Of a DNA stretch of 64,000 bases, positions 11,722 through 23,598 are shown piece by piece. This stretch comes from Flectonema sp. DT1601 (lineage: Eukaryota). How positions within the stretch are numbered: the stretch's first letter is position 1; the number at the start of each line of letters is the position of its first letter. A model generated the notes under the pieces. The model did no database searches. It saw only the letters and a list, made by a program, of their open reading frames with translations, and was not told the origin of the DNA. The stretch covers positions 1,302,001 to 1,366,000 of the forward strand of contig OZ025796.1 in NCBI GenBank assembly GCA_964019425.1, given 5' to 3'. A program made the position numbers and the translations under genes.

Positions 11722-13176
11722 GGTCGATTTACCCATTATCGTCCAATGCTGTAATCATAGAAACACATACGGGGTGTTCGCATCCACCAAATCCAACTTC
11801 TATTTCTTTCCCCCCCACCCTTTTTTTTTTGCCTGCAATTTATTTTCCTTTTTTTTCCTATTTCCCACTGTTCCTTACTTACTAACTTTGATACATATAT
11901 TTATATCATTATAAGTTTACTCAACCAGTTGATCCCCTTCACTGATCTTTACTTCTAAAAAGTAAGGTTTGTTCAAGTACAATGAAGGAGGAAAAAACTA
12001 AAAAAAACTGACGAGTCCTTTCTGACATGAAACATTAATAAGGGATGAATGGGTTTTCTGTTTTTCTTTCTTTCTTTCTTTTTTCTTTTTTTTGTTGTTC
12101 TTACGTTGGTGGCCTTGTAGGGAACATGTCTCTTCTTGGTGACTTAATTTTGACTGGAGGTTGTTGGGTGTTACCACGCTGAAATCTGCTATGAATCTCC
12201 TGTATGTTTACGATCAAAGAATGCGATATTTTTGGTTGTTTGTATTTCCGGTGTGTTTGTTCTCTTTTCACTCGTGGGAATTCCCTTCGGGATGAAAAAA
12301 AGAGGGGGAAAAAAAACAACAACAACAACAATAAATCTTGTCGCCCAGTTTTAAGGGAAAATATTAACATATATACTCGTAGCAAAAACTATTACACAAA
12401 TGCTTGAAATATAATAAATAAGGATCCGTGTCTTACCTATTGTTATTATTTATTTTTTTTATTTATTTTTTTTATATAATTTTTTTTTTATATTCCTCTT
12501 CCTTCCTCGTCGCCCTTTCAAATTTGAAAAAAAAAAAAATACAAAAAAAAAGAAGAGTTTTATCTGACATTCCCGTTGATTTTGGAGGCGTGAAATTCCT
12601 TAACAGCGCTTTAACTGCTTCTCTTGTTTAGTAAGGCAAGGTCATTGTTCCCAGTAAGGATGCAATACTATTATTGCTTTTGGTAGTTTTGTTGTATTTT
12701 TATGTATCATAAAATGTGTTACGAAGCAAGCTACGAAAAGGGGAAAAAAAAAAAAAAAAAAAAAAAAAAACTAACTAGCAATAGTAGAGTAAGGCGGCAG
12801 ACTGGGTTAATTCCTGTGTTCGGATTCTGAGGAAATCTGAGAAGCAAGCTGTATTCACTATTTTTTATGTTTTTTTTTTCTTCTTCTTCAACGAGGTGTC
12901 TTAGTGAATATGAACACCAGCCACGAAAAAAAAAAGGGGGGGGAAAGGAACGATGGGAAAAAAAAAAAAAAAAAAAAGTTAGTCTGCATCCTTCTTATTA
13001 TTTTTTACTACTGAACATAGTACCCAGCAAGTATGCTGTGATCATTACTTTATTATAGCTGCAAATAATAATTACTTATTGATTGTGTCAGTCTAACTTA
13101 AAAAAATAAAATGCAAATCAACCACTCTAACCGAGTCGTTTTTATTATAAATATCTCATTACAGATGAAGTAATAA

Positions 13177-15645
13177 ATGGATACGCATCCAACACTATTA
13201 AGCATCTTAACAAAGAAATTACCAAAGAATGAATCGAGGCCTATGGAAAAACTTCTATCGGAGTCTCCCAGAGGAGGAGGATTAAAACGGAATAAATCAG
13301 GAAAGATGATCTGTATCGATAAGCAAGCGTATGATCCATCCAGTCGGCTTCCTGCAAGTAAAAGTCTTCGTTTGAAAATGCTGATGAACAAACGCCAACA
13401 GCGATTGGAAGTTAAAGAATCTGAATCATCATTGCAAAAAACCCCGTTATTCAAACTGTTTCTCCGAAAGAAACGTGAACACCACATAGAAGTAGCTAAA
13501 AAAGACCCAACTACACCATACAAACCAAAATTAGACGATAAACTTAATGATATTGTAGAGCTTGCAGTCGAGGATAGAGTTAGAAAAAATAAACTAAAAC
13601 AAAAAGGAGCACAACTCGTCTCATCAATCGCACACGCAGGTATATTCACTAAAATTGCGAGTGGAAAAGGTCACTTAGTTCCGTTTAGCCAATCAAACAA
13701 GCCAAAGGAACCTTTCCAAAACGACATGGATGTCGCTATGCAGCAGCAGCCTCGTCCGGAGGACTCGATGTGGGGATTGTTAGATTCTCTGGGTAAGACT
13801 AATGAAAAAATAGGTTCCATTCATTATGAGGTTGCGTTACCAACAGCTACAGACTTGTCTTTTTTACCATCAAATTTAAAGGCTACTTTTTTTGGTCTTG
13901 CGGGTGAAACTTTGAAGAAATTCTTATATCCGAGATCCCTACTATGGTTGCATCGAAGAGAAGCAAAGAAACTATTGGAATACGGTAGGACGGTGTGTCC
14001 AGAGATTACTGTCAAACTACTACGTGAACAGACGACGTTTAAACAATGGCCGACAAACGTTCTTGAATCAGTTATTCAAGTATTGGAGCTGTGTAGTTAC
14101 GAAGCTGGGAAATTCATCATTCATGAAGACGAAGCTTCTGGAAGTGGCATCTTCTTCATCATGTGTGGGAATGTTAAAGTAGTTAAGAAGATAAATCGAT
14201 CTAAGAAATCAATTGGTAGTGACAACACTAAAACACTCGTGACTCTGTCTCCAGTTGTTTGTGTCGGAGAATTCTTATTCTTAACTGAAGAACCTCGAAT
14301 GGCCTCAATAAGAGCAATCACACGAGTCCACTGTTTAGTACTTCGAAAACAAGACTTCACTCGGTTTGTAAAAACCCTTCCTGAAGATACCTTCGCACAG
14401 GTAATCGAAGCTGCCTTTGCAACTCGCAACCGAAATATGCATCTGGCTAATCCCATGACTGAACAACACCTCAGTAAATTTGCAATTTTCAAACCATGTC
14501 CACCTTCAATGCTCCGACAATTTGTATCAAACATGGTCCCTTGTGCAATGCCAAAAGATGTTGTTGTTTGTAGAAAAGATCAGCCTTCAGAAAAGATATT
14601 CTTTTTGATGAATGGACTGTGTGGAGTCTTTCGAAAATTTTCAAAGAGAAGTGTATCAGATGAAGTTCATGTTATTACAGTAAGAGCCAATGCGATTTTA
14701 TGTGATGTGGCGGTGTTATATGGTTCATACTACACAGACACGTATAGGACATTGAAAACATGTGATTTTTGGGTTTTATCAAGAAAGACTTTTGATCAAA
14801 CTCTGCATATGAATATGTCAGCCGTCCAACTTATGATGGCTGAAGCACGTGTGTTACGACAGGCACAGTTATCACTTCAAAAAAATCTTTTTAAAAAGAA
14901 TATCAATTCGATTCCATTGTTGAAAAATATCTGCAGCAAAGCTGTGATCCGACCGCTTATAAACAAGTTTGTTGCCAGAGTATACAAACCACTATCAGTG
15001 ATAACATCTTGCTCTCAATCTGCAGACAGGGTTATCATTCTTTATAGAGGCGACGCTCAAGTCTATTTAGGGAGTAATAAATGGGCGAAATGGCACGTCG
15101 GAGACTGCGCAGGATACACCTGTATCATCCCACATAGATGGGCTTATAAAAGTGTAGCCTTAGATATCGTTGAGTGTATAGAACTGTCTAGATCACAGTA
15201 TGAGGAATTCTTAGAAAATAATAACGTATTGATGAAGATAAAATCTTGGGTTAAGAGATTAATGTTTCCTCTTGCGTTTGATGAGGAGAGTACGAATTAT
15301 GTTCATAGTCTTGTTGATGGGATTTCTACTCCTTCGTTGTATCCGATTTCTTATTCAGAGAATGTTGATTTCTCACAAGAGGGATTCTTACTAAAACACT
15401 TGTCATATTTAGAATCTCATCTGTCAACGGAATTTGTTAAAGAAAGTGATACGCCTCTTCCGTTGTCGTTGAAACGAAAAGACTGGAAACGAAGTTCAGA
15501 GTACCTCTGGCTTCCAACTTCTTCACAAAAACCATCCAGCGATATAGAGAGAGTTCGAAGTGATGCTATCATTCAAAATCTCCGAAATGTTGGGAAAACT
15601 AAAAGAAAGGAACTACCCAAGAAATCAATGTTTCACCATCCCTGA
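13177..15645 (+). CDS. Multi cyclic-nucleotide-binding (cNMP) domain protein
   Basis: 822 aa ORF; CNB-like repeats, e.g. YEAGKFIIHEDE..IFFIMCGNVKV..VGEFLFLTEEPRMASIRA, followed by two more divergent copies. Confidence 0.85.
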   Translation: MDTHPTLLSILTKKLPKNESRPMEKLLSESPRGGGLKRNKSGKMICIDKQAYDPSSRLPASKSLRLKMLMNKRQQRLEVKESESSLQKTPLFKLFLRKKREHHIEVAKKDPTTPYKPKLDDKLNDIVELAVEDRVRKNKLKQKGAQLVSSIAHAGIFTKIASGKGHLVPFSQSNKPKEPFQNDMDVAMQQQPRPEDSMWGLLDSLGKTNEKIGSIHYEVALPTATDLSFLPSNLKATFFGLAGETLKKFLYPRSLLWLHRREAKKLLEYGRTVCPEITVKLLREQTTFKQWPTNVLESVIQVLELCSYEAGKFIIHEDEASGSGIFFIMCGNVKVVKKINRSKKSIGSDNTKTLVTLSPVVCVGEFLFLTEEPRMASIRAITRVHCLVLRKQDFTRFVKTLPEDTFAQVIEAAFATRNRNMHLANPMTEQHLSKFAIFKPCPPSMLRQFVSNMVPCAMPKDVVVCRKDQPSEKIFFLMNGLCGVFRKFSKRSVSDEVHVITVRANAILCDVAVLYGSYYTDTYRTLKTCDFWVLSRKTFDQTLHMNMSAVQLMMAEARVLRQAQLSLQKNLFKKNINSIPLLKNICSKAVIRPLINKFVARVYKPLSVITSCSQSADRVIILYRGDAQVYLGSNKWAKWHVGDCAGYTCIIPHRWAYKSVALDIVECIELSRSQYEEFLENNNVLMKIKSWVKRLMFPLAFDEESTNYVHSLVDGISTPSLYPISYSENVDFSQEGFLLKHLSYLESHLSTEFVKESDTPLPLSLKRKDWKRSSEYLWLPTSSQKPSSDIERVRSDAIIQNLRNVGKTKRKELPKKSMFHHP

Positions 15646-16057
15646 GAAGGGTCTGGTAGTCTACCTGCTCAATCATTCTCTGTTGCTTTTTTTTTTTTTT
15701 TTTGCCTTGAGTTCAGATTTATTGCTTTTATACTAACCAAAAACCAGTTCAAGTCTGAAAAGACTCAAAGATCACCCTCTCAGTGAGTTAAGTTACTCTT
15801 TTATATTTTCTTTATTAAATACAGACACTGATTCTGTATATAAACCCTATTTTCAAATTGTAGATAATTTGAATTTCGTGGAGTCAGTTTTTATTATAAA
15901 CAATTGTCTTTACAGACAATCGATGCTTGTTGCATCAGTTTGTTTGCTCATGTGGAAAGTGATTCCACTTTATCTTTTACACATCATTCTTTGGCAAGTA
16001 TACTCTTTTTGTGTTTATTTTAACTTCTATCACAGAATTTAAAAAAAAAAAAAAAAA

Positions 16058-18802
16058 ATGTCGATCCCAGTACGTTCCATTCTGTTAATCGGAACAAAGG
16101 ATGCTGGGATTGCTGAATTAGTAGCAACTCTTACTGCGAATCGAAATTTGATATTCCCGTGTCTTCACAGGGTAAGTATTGACAGTGAAGAGGGAAAAGT
16201 TCAAGCTGATTTAAAACTGTTTTACAGAGAGAATATTAAGGTTGCTATTAATGAACCAAAACCGGATGTTATACTAATCGTATTCAACACAACTAATGAA
16301 GAAAGTTCATCAGTTTTATCAAAAGAATGGACAGAAGACATCCAAGCAATGGACGCTCCAAAAATATTAATCGCAACGGGTATGGAACAAGGTGTAAAAT
16401 ATCTCGTTGATGACAGTGAAAAAAAAGATCCTCTCTTAAATATTCATAACACATTTAAGACAGCGGTAGCTGTAGGAGCATCAGCGCTGTTTGAAATATC
16501 GATAAAACAAGTTCATCGAATTAGAGAAGTTTTTGTACACGCACTGCGAGCTTCCATTGATCCTGAAGGTTCAAAGCTTGCCATTACTGAAGACAGCATA
16601 ATAGAAGCGCGTAATGAGCTGTTCGATGTTTTTCGTGAAGAAGGTATCGGTGTTCCCTTGTCTGTTCCGAGTATTAAAAAAAATCAAAATCCAAAACTTA
16701 AAAAAATGATCACGACGGAAGCAACCAACGAAAAACCAAAATGGCAAACTAAAGAAACTAAATCAAAAAAAACATACTACTCAAACAGTGTTACTGGTGA
16801 AACATTGTGGCAGAAACCTAGTAATTTCGACGGTGATTTGACTCAAGAACAGAAAGAAAAAAGAGCCGAAAAACGTTTCGAACGTGAAATCGATAAATTA
16901 CGTCAACGTCACTACGCCATTGCCAGCAACGACAGGATTGGAAAAATTACTGAACTGACGAGGGAAGAAGAAGAAAATTTTGTTACACTAATGCAAGCCT
17001 TATCAAAAGAACACACCACTCTGGAAGAGGAAGTTAGAGGACTCAGAGAAGAATTAAAATCAATAAAACAATTGGAACAACAAAACGACATCAGAGGTGA
17101 TAGAATCCAAGACTTGGCTGACCTCCGATCACGAAAAGACACCAGCATTCATGAACGTGTCCAAGCAGACGTTGACCATGAACGTCACATCGAGGGACTC
17201 GAAGCTCAATTAGATTCCCTAAAATCTGCTGATCGTTGCAAAACTATTCCTGAAGAAACATTCGACTCCGTAAAACATGAAAACAGACGTCTCACACAGC
17301 AGTTGGGAACTATATTCGAAGAAGCAAAAACAACCCGTCTTGCGATTAAAAATGTAACTACTGCTGCTAAGAATTTAAAAGCTAAAACTGACGGAGAAGA
17401 AATGAGATGCATGAAAGGAGAAGCAAAGATCCAAACTGTTCGTAATAATGTGATGTCTAAAAAGGAAGCCATTTCAAAGTTGAAAGCGAAGAAGGAATGG
17501 ATAACTAACGAACTCATCCTTCAGCGTGGAACAGAAGCAAACGTCGCACAACAATTAAAAGAATGGAAACGAGAAGTTGGAATGCTGACCTGCATGTTAA
17601 ATGAAATTGATGACAAAATTTCAAAACAAGAAATTCCAATATCAAAATATATGACAGAAGAAAAACGAAAAGCGAGAGTTCGAGGAGGACCACTCATCCT
17701 CGATGAAGAAGACATGAACCACTACCGATCTCGACAATCAAGCAACGGAGACTATAAAGCACCAACAAACAGACAACTAATGGAACAGTTAAAGACAAAC
17801 CACGATAGAATATCTTTACAATATCAATTTCACTGTACCGATGTTGCTGAGTCTGCTTCACTAGCAGATGAGCATTTACAACAAATCCAACAATACAATG
17901 ATAAATATATCATAGCTGAACAGATTAATTCACATGTTCTTCAAGACGTTATGAGAAGTCTTCATAATCTACTTCTACTTCTTCGGGATATCGGAGAAGC
18001 CAGAAGACGATCACTCTTTCGTTTACAACGAAAGGAAGATCGTCATTGTGAAAGGCTTTGCAACCTACAAGACGAATTAGATACATATTTAAGTTATTCT
18101 ATGAACCCAAGTGCTCTCATCGAAGGTTCTCCTGCTGACCCTACGTCTCAAATAAGTGGCATCAGTAAACAACTACAGCGAAAAATTCATTCAACGAGAC
18201 TAAAGCTTTATGCTACCACAGAAAAGGTTGAAACTCTGGTCAGTCTTAGACGAGAGCAATCGAAAGCGTTGAAGGCTGTGACGGTTGAAAAGGAGAATAT
18301 TGAAAAGAGAATAAGACAATGTGAATCGGATGCTGAAGCATCAGAAGAAGGAGCTCGAAAACTCGTCACTGACACGATGTCTTTAGTGAATAGTGTTGAA
18401 GAGATGCCAATCAATTCTGTTACACGGAGACGTGCTGATGGTGAAGTTGGTCGATTCTTTCTATCAAAATCACTAACTGGTCTTCACCCTCGCAGCAAAG
18501 ATATTATTGTAAAAAGATGTAGTTCAAAACAACCACCTGCTGCTGGCAATTCTGATAACGGACCGTCAAAGCAATCTTCATCTAGTATAGCGAATATTAC
18601 AAACACAGTTCATAATTCAAATTCTCGACCTGCTTCTACCAAATCCCGAGTGACTTCTACTGCCAGACCACCGTCAGTAGTGTCATCTGTTGCAGAAGAC
18701 CAATACTCTAATTTAGTATCGTCTCTAAAAAAAGAATTCGGTATTGAAAAACGATCAAACAAAACTGACAAACGAGAGGGTGCTTGGAGAAAGACTTGGT
18801 GA
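16058..18802 (+). CDS. Degenerate Rho/Miro-like GTPase domain + WW domain + long coiled coil
   Basis: 914 aa ORF; ILLIGTKDAGIAEL, DVILIVFN, KEWTEDIQ..APKILIATG, FEISIK..IREVF (Rho-like secondary-structure pattern); WW-like KWQTKETKSKKTYYSNSVTGETLWQKP; E/K/Q/L-rich heptads. Confidence 0.75.
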   Translation: MSIPVRSILLIGTKDAGIAELVATLTANRNLIFPCLHRVSIDSEEGKVQADLKLFYRENIKVAINEPKPDVILIVFNTTNEESSSVLSKEWTEDIQAMDAPKILIATGMEQGVKYLVDDSEKKDPLLNIHNTFKTAVAVGASALFEISIKQVHRIREVFVHALRASIDPEGSKLAITEDSIIEARNELFDVFREEGIGVPLSVPSIKKNQNPKLKKMITTEATNEKPKWQTKETKSKKTYYSNSVTGETLWQKPSNFDGDLTQEQKEKRAEKRFEREIDKLRQRHYAIASNDRIGKITELTREEEENFVTLMQALSKEHTTLEEEVRGLREELKSIKQLEQQNDIRGDRIQDLADLRSRKDTSIHERVQADVDHERHIEGLEAQLDSLKSADRCKTIPEETFDSVKHENRRLTQQLGTIFEEAKTTRLAIKNVTTAAKNLKAKTDGEEMRCMKGEAKIQTVRNNVMSKKEAISKLKAKKEWITNELILQRGTEANVAQQLKEWKREVGMLTCMLNEIDDKISKQEIPISKYMTEEKRKARVRGGPLILDEEDMNHYRSRQSSNGDYKAPTNRQLMEQLKTNHDRISLQYQFHCTDVAESASLADEHLQQIQQYNDKYIIAEQINSHVLQDVMRSLHNLLLLLRDIGEARRRSLFRLQRKEDRHCERLCNLQDELDTYLSYSMNPSALIEGSPADPTSQISGISKQLQRKIHSTRLKLYATTEKVETLVSLRREQSKALKAVTVEKENIEKRIRQCESDAEASEEGARKLVTDTMSLVNSVEEMPINSVTRRRADGEVGRFFLSKSLTGLHPRSKDIIVKRCSSKQPPAAGNSDNGPSKQSSSSIANITNTVHNSNSRPASTKSRVTSTARPPSVVSSVAEDQYSNLVSSLKKEFGIEKRSNKTDKREGAWRKTW

Positions 18803-19045
18803 TGAACCTTACCTGTATTAGATTTATTTATTTATTTCATTCTTTTTTTTTGACAAACTGTTTTTCTTTTTTTTTTTCTTCTGTTCCCTTTCCATTTCCC
18901 ATATTAATATTACAACTCCTACATGCGTTCATACTATTAGATATTTATGTTACATTGAAAGCACGATGAGATGTCTCAAATAACTTTAATTCTTTTTTTT
19001 TTTACAGGTTGAAAAAAAAAAAAAAAAAAAAAAAAAAATCAACAA

Positions 19046-19729
19046 ATGGAAAGCAGTGATGAGGAACTAAAAGCTGCTCATGAAGACAATAAAGAAAATG
19101 AAGAAATGAAATCCCCAAATAGTCAGACCGTACTAGTTGATAATGATACAGAAATACCTAAACGATCAATCACCATTGATGTGGACATAGATACAGTTCG
19201 AGAGGCTAAAGACAGTAAACGAACATCGATAAGTCAACTAACTCCAACACCACCTCAAGATGCATTAAACATATCAAATGAAGGAACTTTAAAAAGACCG
19301 TCTTTTCGAGACTTACCACTGACAGCAACTCGATCTCAAGAAAACTTTAAAAGAAAGCAATCAATGCTTTCCGCGACTACTAATGTTTCAGTAACTGAGA
19401 TTCCCGACATCCCCGAAAGAGTTGGAAAGGCTAAGGTTCCAACGTCAGCTAAGGTAATCGCCTTGTCAAGTTTCGTTTTTGGATCACTTTTTTTATTATT
19501 AAAAAGTTACGTTACTTGGGAATCATGTTCCGTTCTAGCTTACTCAGGGTTAGCATTGTTCTTTGCGACTTCCGTTGTTATTATCTGGACGTGGATAAAG
19601 GAACGACTTGCCGACAGAGACTGGTCGGAATATTACGTTAAACAACACATAGAAAAGATGCAATCACGTAAAAGAGTGAGGAGATCACGTGCGGAATCGA
19701 TTGTTAATGTCAAGAAAATGCCAATTTGA
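19046..19729 (+). CDS. Hypothetical protein with two C-terminal TM helices
   Basis: 227 aa ORF after acceptor-like TTTTTTACAG (19007); hydrophobic VIALSSFVFGSLFLLL and VLAYSGLALFFATSVVIIW. Confidence 0.7.
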   Translation: MESSDEELKAAHEDNKENEEMKSPNSQTVLVDNDTEIPKRSITIDVDIDTVREAKDSKRTSISQLTPTPPQDALNISNEGTLKRPSFRDLPLTATRSQENFKRKQSMLSATTNVSVTEIPDIPERVGKAKVPTSAKVIALSSFVFGSLFLLLKSYVTWESCSVLAYSGLALFFATSVVIIWTWIKERLADRDWSEYYVKQHIEKMQSRKRVRRSRAESIVNVKKMPI

Positions 19730-20146
19730 GATTTTTTTTCTTTTTTAGTTCAGTTCTGGGAATCTTCGCTGGCTTCTGTTGGCTGCTTTTTTTTAAAAAA
19801 ATTATATTATTATTTTGATGTCATTTACACATTGATTGGTAGTCAGATTTGAGAGATGGATTTCTTCTTTTTAAAAAAAATAAAAAAAAAAAATTCGTTC
19901 ACCAGGTGGAGGCGCTCAACTATGTTCACGTGGCCTCCAATGGCATTATTTATTTATTTGCAGTCATTTACTACGCTGCCGTTGACAGTCAAGATTGTCG
20001 GAGAAATTGTTATTCCTTTTGAACCTTGATAGTAAAGTATCAATTTACCCCTCTGTGACTCTTGACTTATTTATATTATTTCTCAACATTGTACAAACTG
20101 ACTGAGTTATAATAATATTTTACTTCTTCGGCAGATCTTATTCAAA

Positions 20147-22213
20147 ATGCAGATCTCAATTACGTATCCTGAGACTCATTTACCTGATGTTTGTTTCACA
20201 GCAACGGCTGATTCGTTAGTTATAGACGCCATCGAGTCGGCAACAGAAGAGTGGGGAATTCTGTCTAATACTGTTGAACTAACATATGAGGGTGAGGAGT
20301 TATCTGAATCGAGTCGTGTTTTGGATATTGGTCTTATGGAAGGGCATGAGTTGTGGGCTAGAGAAAAGATAAAGTTATATAGACGGGAAGACTTTCTTAA
20401 TTTGTCCTTAAGGAATGCTATGATAGCAGACTACCACAGTAACCAATGTAAAACAATTCATATTGACACACCAACGTTTGTTCAAAATGGTTTACTGTTA
20501 TTTCCCAATCCTTTAGTATTGAGGTATCAGGATTTCGAACGATTTTCATTTCGCCGTGCCATACCAGCAGTAACCCGAATAGGTAGTATCTTCTTAGGGA
20601 ATTCAAGTTGCTTGCGTAGTTTAGATCTCTCAGGGATGCACTACGTAACTGCTATAGGAAATAATTTCTTATTTTATACTACTCTGCTTAATGTTGACTT
20701 GTCTGGGTTATGCAATCTTACTAGTGTGGGATGTTCATTCATGGCGGGGAGTAAGAATTTAGAAACAATTGATTTATCTGCTTTGACTAAACTTCGTCTC
20801 TGCGGACGAAAATTTCTCAGCTGCTGTAGAAATGTTCAAAACGTGAGGCTTCCGAACTCAACGGCCATGGAAACAGTTGGTAGCCTTTTTATGAGCACAT
20901 GTACTTCTTTAGAAAAGATTGAATTAAACTCTCTCAGGAATGTCACGTCGCTAGGAAACCATTTCTTCAGTGACTGCACGAAGCTCACTTGTGTTGAAAT
21001 TTGCTTAAGTAACATACGAGTTCTCGGGTCTCATTTCTTCTCTAATTGTACTTCTCTCAAGAATATTGAATTGTCGAGTTCTGTAGATCGAATCGAGTCA
21101 GGGTTTTTACAAAATTGTGATAACATAATAAAACTATCGTTATTGGACTTCCCAAATATAAATGAGATCGGAAACAGATTTCTTTCTGAGTGTAGTTCGT
21201 TGCAAACACTGAATGCTAAGTTAGATAACGTGACGAATCTGGAGTCACACTTTGGTAGTTATAGCTGTTTGTCTCACGTAGACTTATCGTGTGATTCTAA
21301 TCGTATCCGAGATAGTGATTTTCAATTCTCGAAATCGGTAACAGAAATCGGACATGACGTTCTATTAAATTCATCATTATCGAAAATTATTATATCTGAA
21401 GTTTCTTCAGTCACATCTATTGGTGATAATTTCTTGGCTGAATCATCTACATCGACTGTTATACTAACGGGTTTGGTGTCTTTGCAGTCTGTTGGTTGTA
21501 ATTTCTTACGAAAAACTTCCATACTAGAACTTGACTTATCTCCGCTACAATATCTTGTTTCAATACCTGCGGGATTTCTTAGCAACTGTACTCGTTTAAA
21601 GAAGATAACAATTTCTGATAATGGCAACCTCAAGTCGATAGGAAGTTGTTTTTTAGAAAACTGTGCAGACCTCGAAACGATCGATTTGTCAGGTTGTGGT
21701 AATGTAAAAAGTATTGGAGGAGGGTTTTTATGGGGTTGTCAGGGGTTGTTAAAACTGAATATGTCGAAAATGAATAACATTTTATTTATAGGAGGGGCAT
21801 TTTTAAAGAATTGCAAGTCACTGAAACAACTGAAGCTACCGACGTCTTCAAATCTTTCAGCTTTCAGCTACGGTTTTCTATCAGGGTGTGAATCCTTGTC
21901 TGAGTGTTCCTTGTCTTGTTTTTCTAAAGTCACTTGTATTGAGAAAGACTTCATGGTTGGATGTTGTCAAATTGTTATTGTTGATTTATCAATTTTTTCA
22001 AATCTCTCTTTTATTGGAAAAAATTTCCTCAAAGACTGTACTGCTGTTCAGTCACTTGATGTGTCAAATCTTGGAACTGTTTGCTTTGTCGGAAAAAATT
22101 TTCCATCCGTTCTACTCAGAGCCTCAGGTCAGACCATCAGCAGAGACGAGTTTCTCAGAAGGATTGAAAAGAAGGAAAGTTACACGCCGGAAGAACAGTT
22201 TTATATTTATTAA
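20147..22213 (+). CDS. Ubiquitin-like N-terminal domain + BspA-type leucine-rich-repeat protein
   Basis: 688 aa ORF; UBL-like MQISITYP..LTYEGEELSESSRVLDIGLMEGHEL; many ~24-25 aa repeats of type LxxIGxxFLxxCxxLxxIDLS. Confidence 0.85.
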   Translation: MQISITYPETHLPDVCFTATADSLVIDAIESATEEWGILSNTVELTYEGEELSESSRVLDIGLMEGHELWAREKIKLYRREDFLNLSLRNAMIADYHSNQCKTIHIDTPTFVQNGLLLFPNPLVLRYQDFERFSFRRAIPAVTRIGSIFLGNSSCLRSLDLSGMHYVTAIGNNFLFYTTLLNVDLSGLCNLTSVGCSFMAGSKNLETIDLSALTKLRLCGRKFLSCCRNVQNVRLPNSTAMETVGSLFMSTCTSLEKIELNSLRNVTSLGNHFFSDCTKLTCVEICLSNIRVLGSHFFSNCTSLKNIELSSSVDRIESGFLQNCDNIIKLSLLDFPNINEIGNRFLSECSSLQTLNAKLDNVTNLESHFGSYSCLSHVDLSCDSNRIRDSDFQFSKSVTEIGHDVLLNSSLSKIIISEVSSVTSIGDNFLAESSTSTVILTGLVSLQSVGCNFLRKTSILELDLSPLQYLVSIPAGFLSNCTRLKKITISDNGNLKSIGSCFLENCADLETIDLSGCGNVKSIGGGFLWGCQGLLKLNMSKMNNILFIGGAFLKNCKSLKQLKLPTSSNLSAFSYGFLSGCESLSECSLSCFSKVTCIEKDFMVGCCQIVIVDLSIFSNLSFIGKNFLKDCTAVQSLDVSNLGTVCFVGKNFPSVLLRASGQTISRDEFLRRIEKKESYTPEEQFYIY

Positions 22214-22351
22214 AGTACTGCCTTGTCTGTCGACTTTACTCTACTAACCAACACAGTTCCAGCTTGCGCAGAATAATATTAGTTAACTATGTGAATATAA
22301 TATTAAATAAACACACATGAATCTCTCAGGTAATACATTAATAGAATAAAT

Positions 22352-22543
22352 ATGGCCGACGCTGTTTTAAAAGGATTGAGCAGGATGGCAATTGCCGCAA
22401 GTGGATTTGGATTCATCGCATCCCAATGCACCTACGTCCTCTACCCAGGAGAGGCAGCGATAGTATACGATAGGCTGACTGGTGTTCAGCATGATGTAAA
22501 GTATGAAGGATTTCATTTTAAGGTATGGTTTGATTCCTGTTGT

Positions 22544-22575
<32 letters not shown>

Positions 22576-23340
22576 CATTTGATGCATCTGATTTAATAAA
22601 ACAACAACACCAAAACAGGTACCATACCTTCACTACCCTAAGGTTTATGACATACGTCTCCGACCATCAGTGATTGAGACGATGACGGGTACAAAAGATC
22701 TTCAAAAAGTACACATCAAGTTACGAGTACTTTACATGCCTGCGGTTGACAAGTTGGGAATTTTGTACGAGACTCTAGGGTTAGATTACAGCGAGCGTGT
22801 TCTTCCATCCATCGGAAACGAAATTATGAAAGCAGTAGTTGCGGAGTACAACGCTGAAGAACTTGTTGTAAGACGTGAACGTGTCTCGATGGAGATTAAG
22901 AAAAGAATAACACTTAAGGCAGAACAAGATTTCAACATCCTTCTCAAAGATATTTCTCTTATGGACATCAGTTTTGGAGCTGAATTCATGCAGGCAGTTG
23001 AGGCTAAGCAGGTTGCCCAACAAGAAGCCCAGAAGTTACAATGGGTCGTTCTTAAGAACGAACAGGAAAAACTCGCTGCTGTCACTAAGGCTGAGGGAGA
23101 AGCAACTGCTGCCAAGTTGATCTCTGATGCTGTCAGCTCTGCTGGACCAGGATTAGTATGTGTTGTTTTTATCTATTATTAATGTAAAGAATAAGCAACA
23201 AACAAACAAACAAAAAAAAACAGGTTGAAATCCGTAAAATCCAGGCCGCTAAGGAAATTGCGCAAACCCTCTCTCAATCTCCTAATGTCTCGTACGTTCC
23301 AAGTGGTGGTAACATCCTCTTGGGAGTTAAGTCATCGTAG
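22352..23340 (+). CDS. PHB1: Prohibitin (PHB1-like, SPFH family), 274 aa; exons 22352-22522, 22619-23155, 23224-23340
   Basis: TGTKDLQKVHIKLRVL, LGLDYSERVLPSIGNEIMKAVVAEYNA, AVEAKQVAQQEA, AEGEATAAKLISDA; two phase-0 introns. Confidence 0.93.
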
Positions 23341-23564
23341 TCTTGAAGTACAGGGTAGGTGGGATACTATGTATGATGTGACTTGATCGGTTTTTGCATT
23401 TCTAACCAAGGAAAAAAAAGGGAAAAAAAGGAAGGCAGCATAAAGAAAAAAAAGGAGGAAAAACGAAATGGAAAAAAAAAAAAAAAAAAAAAACAGGTTT
23501 CGTATTATTTGTTATTTATTAGTGTTGATTGCCTGATGGCAACAGAAATTGTTTGAACGAATTG

Positions 23565-23598
<34 letters not shown>

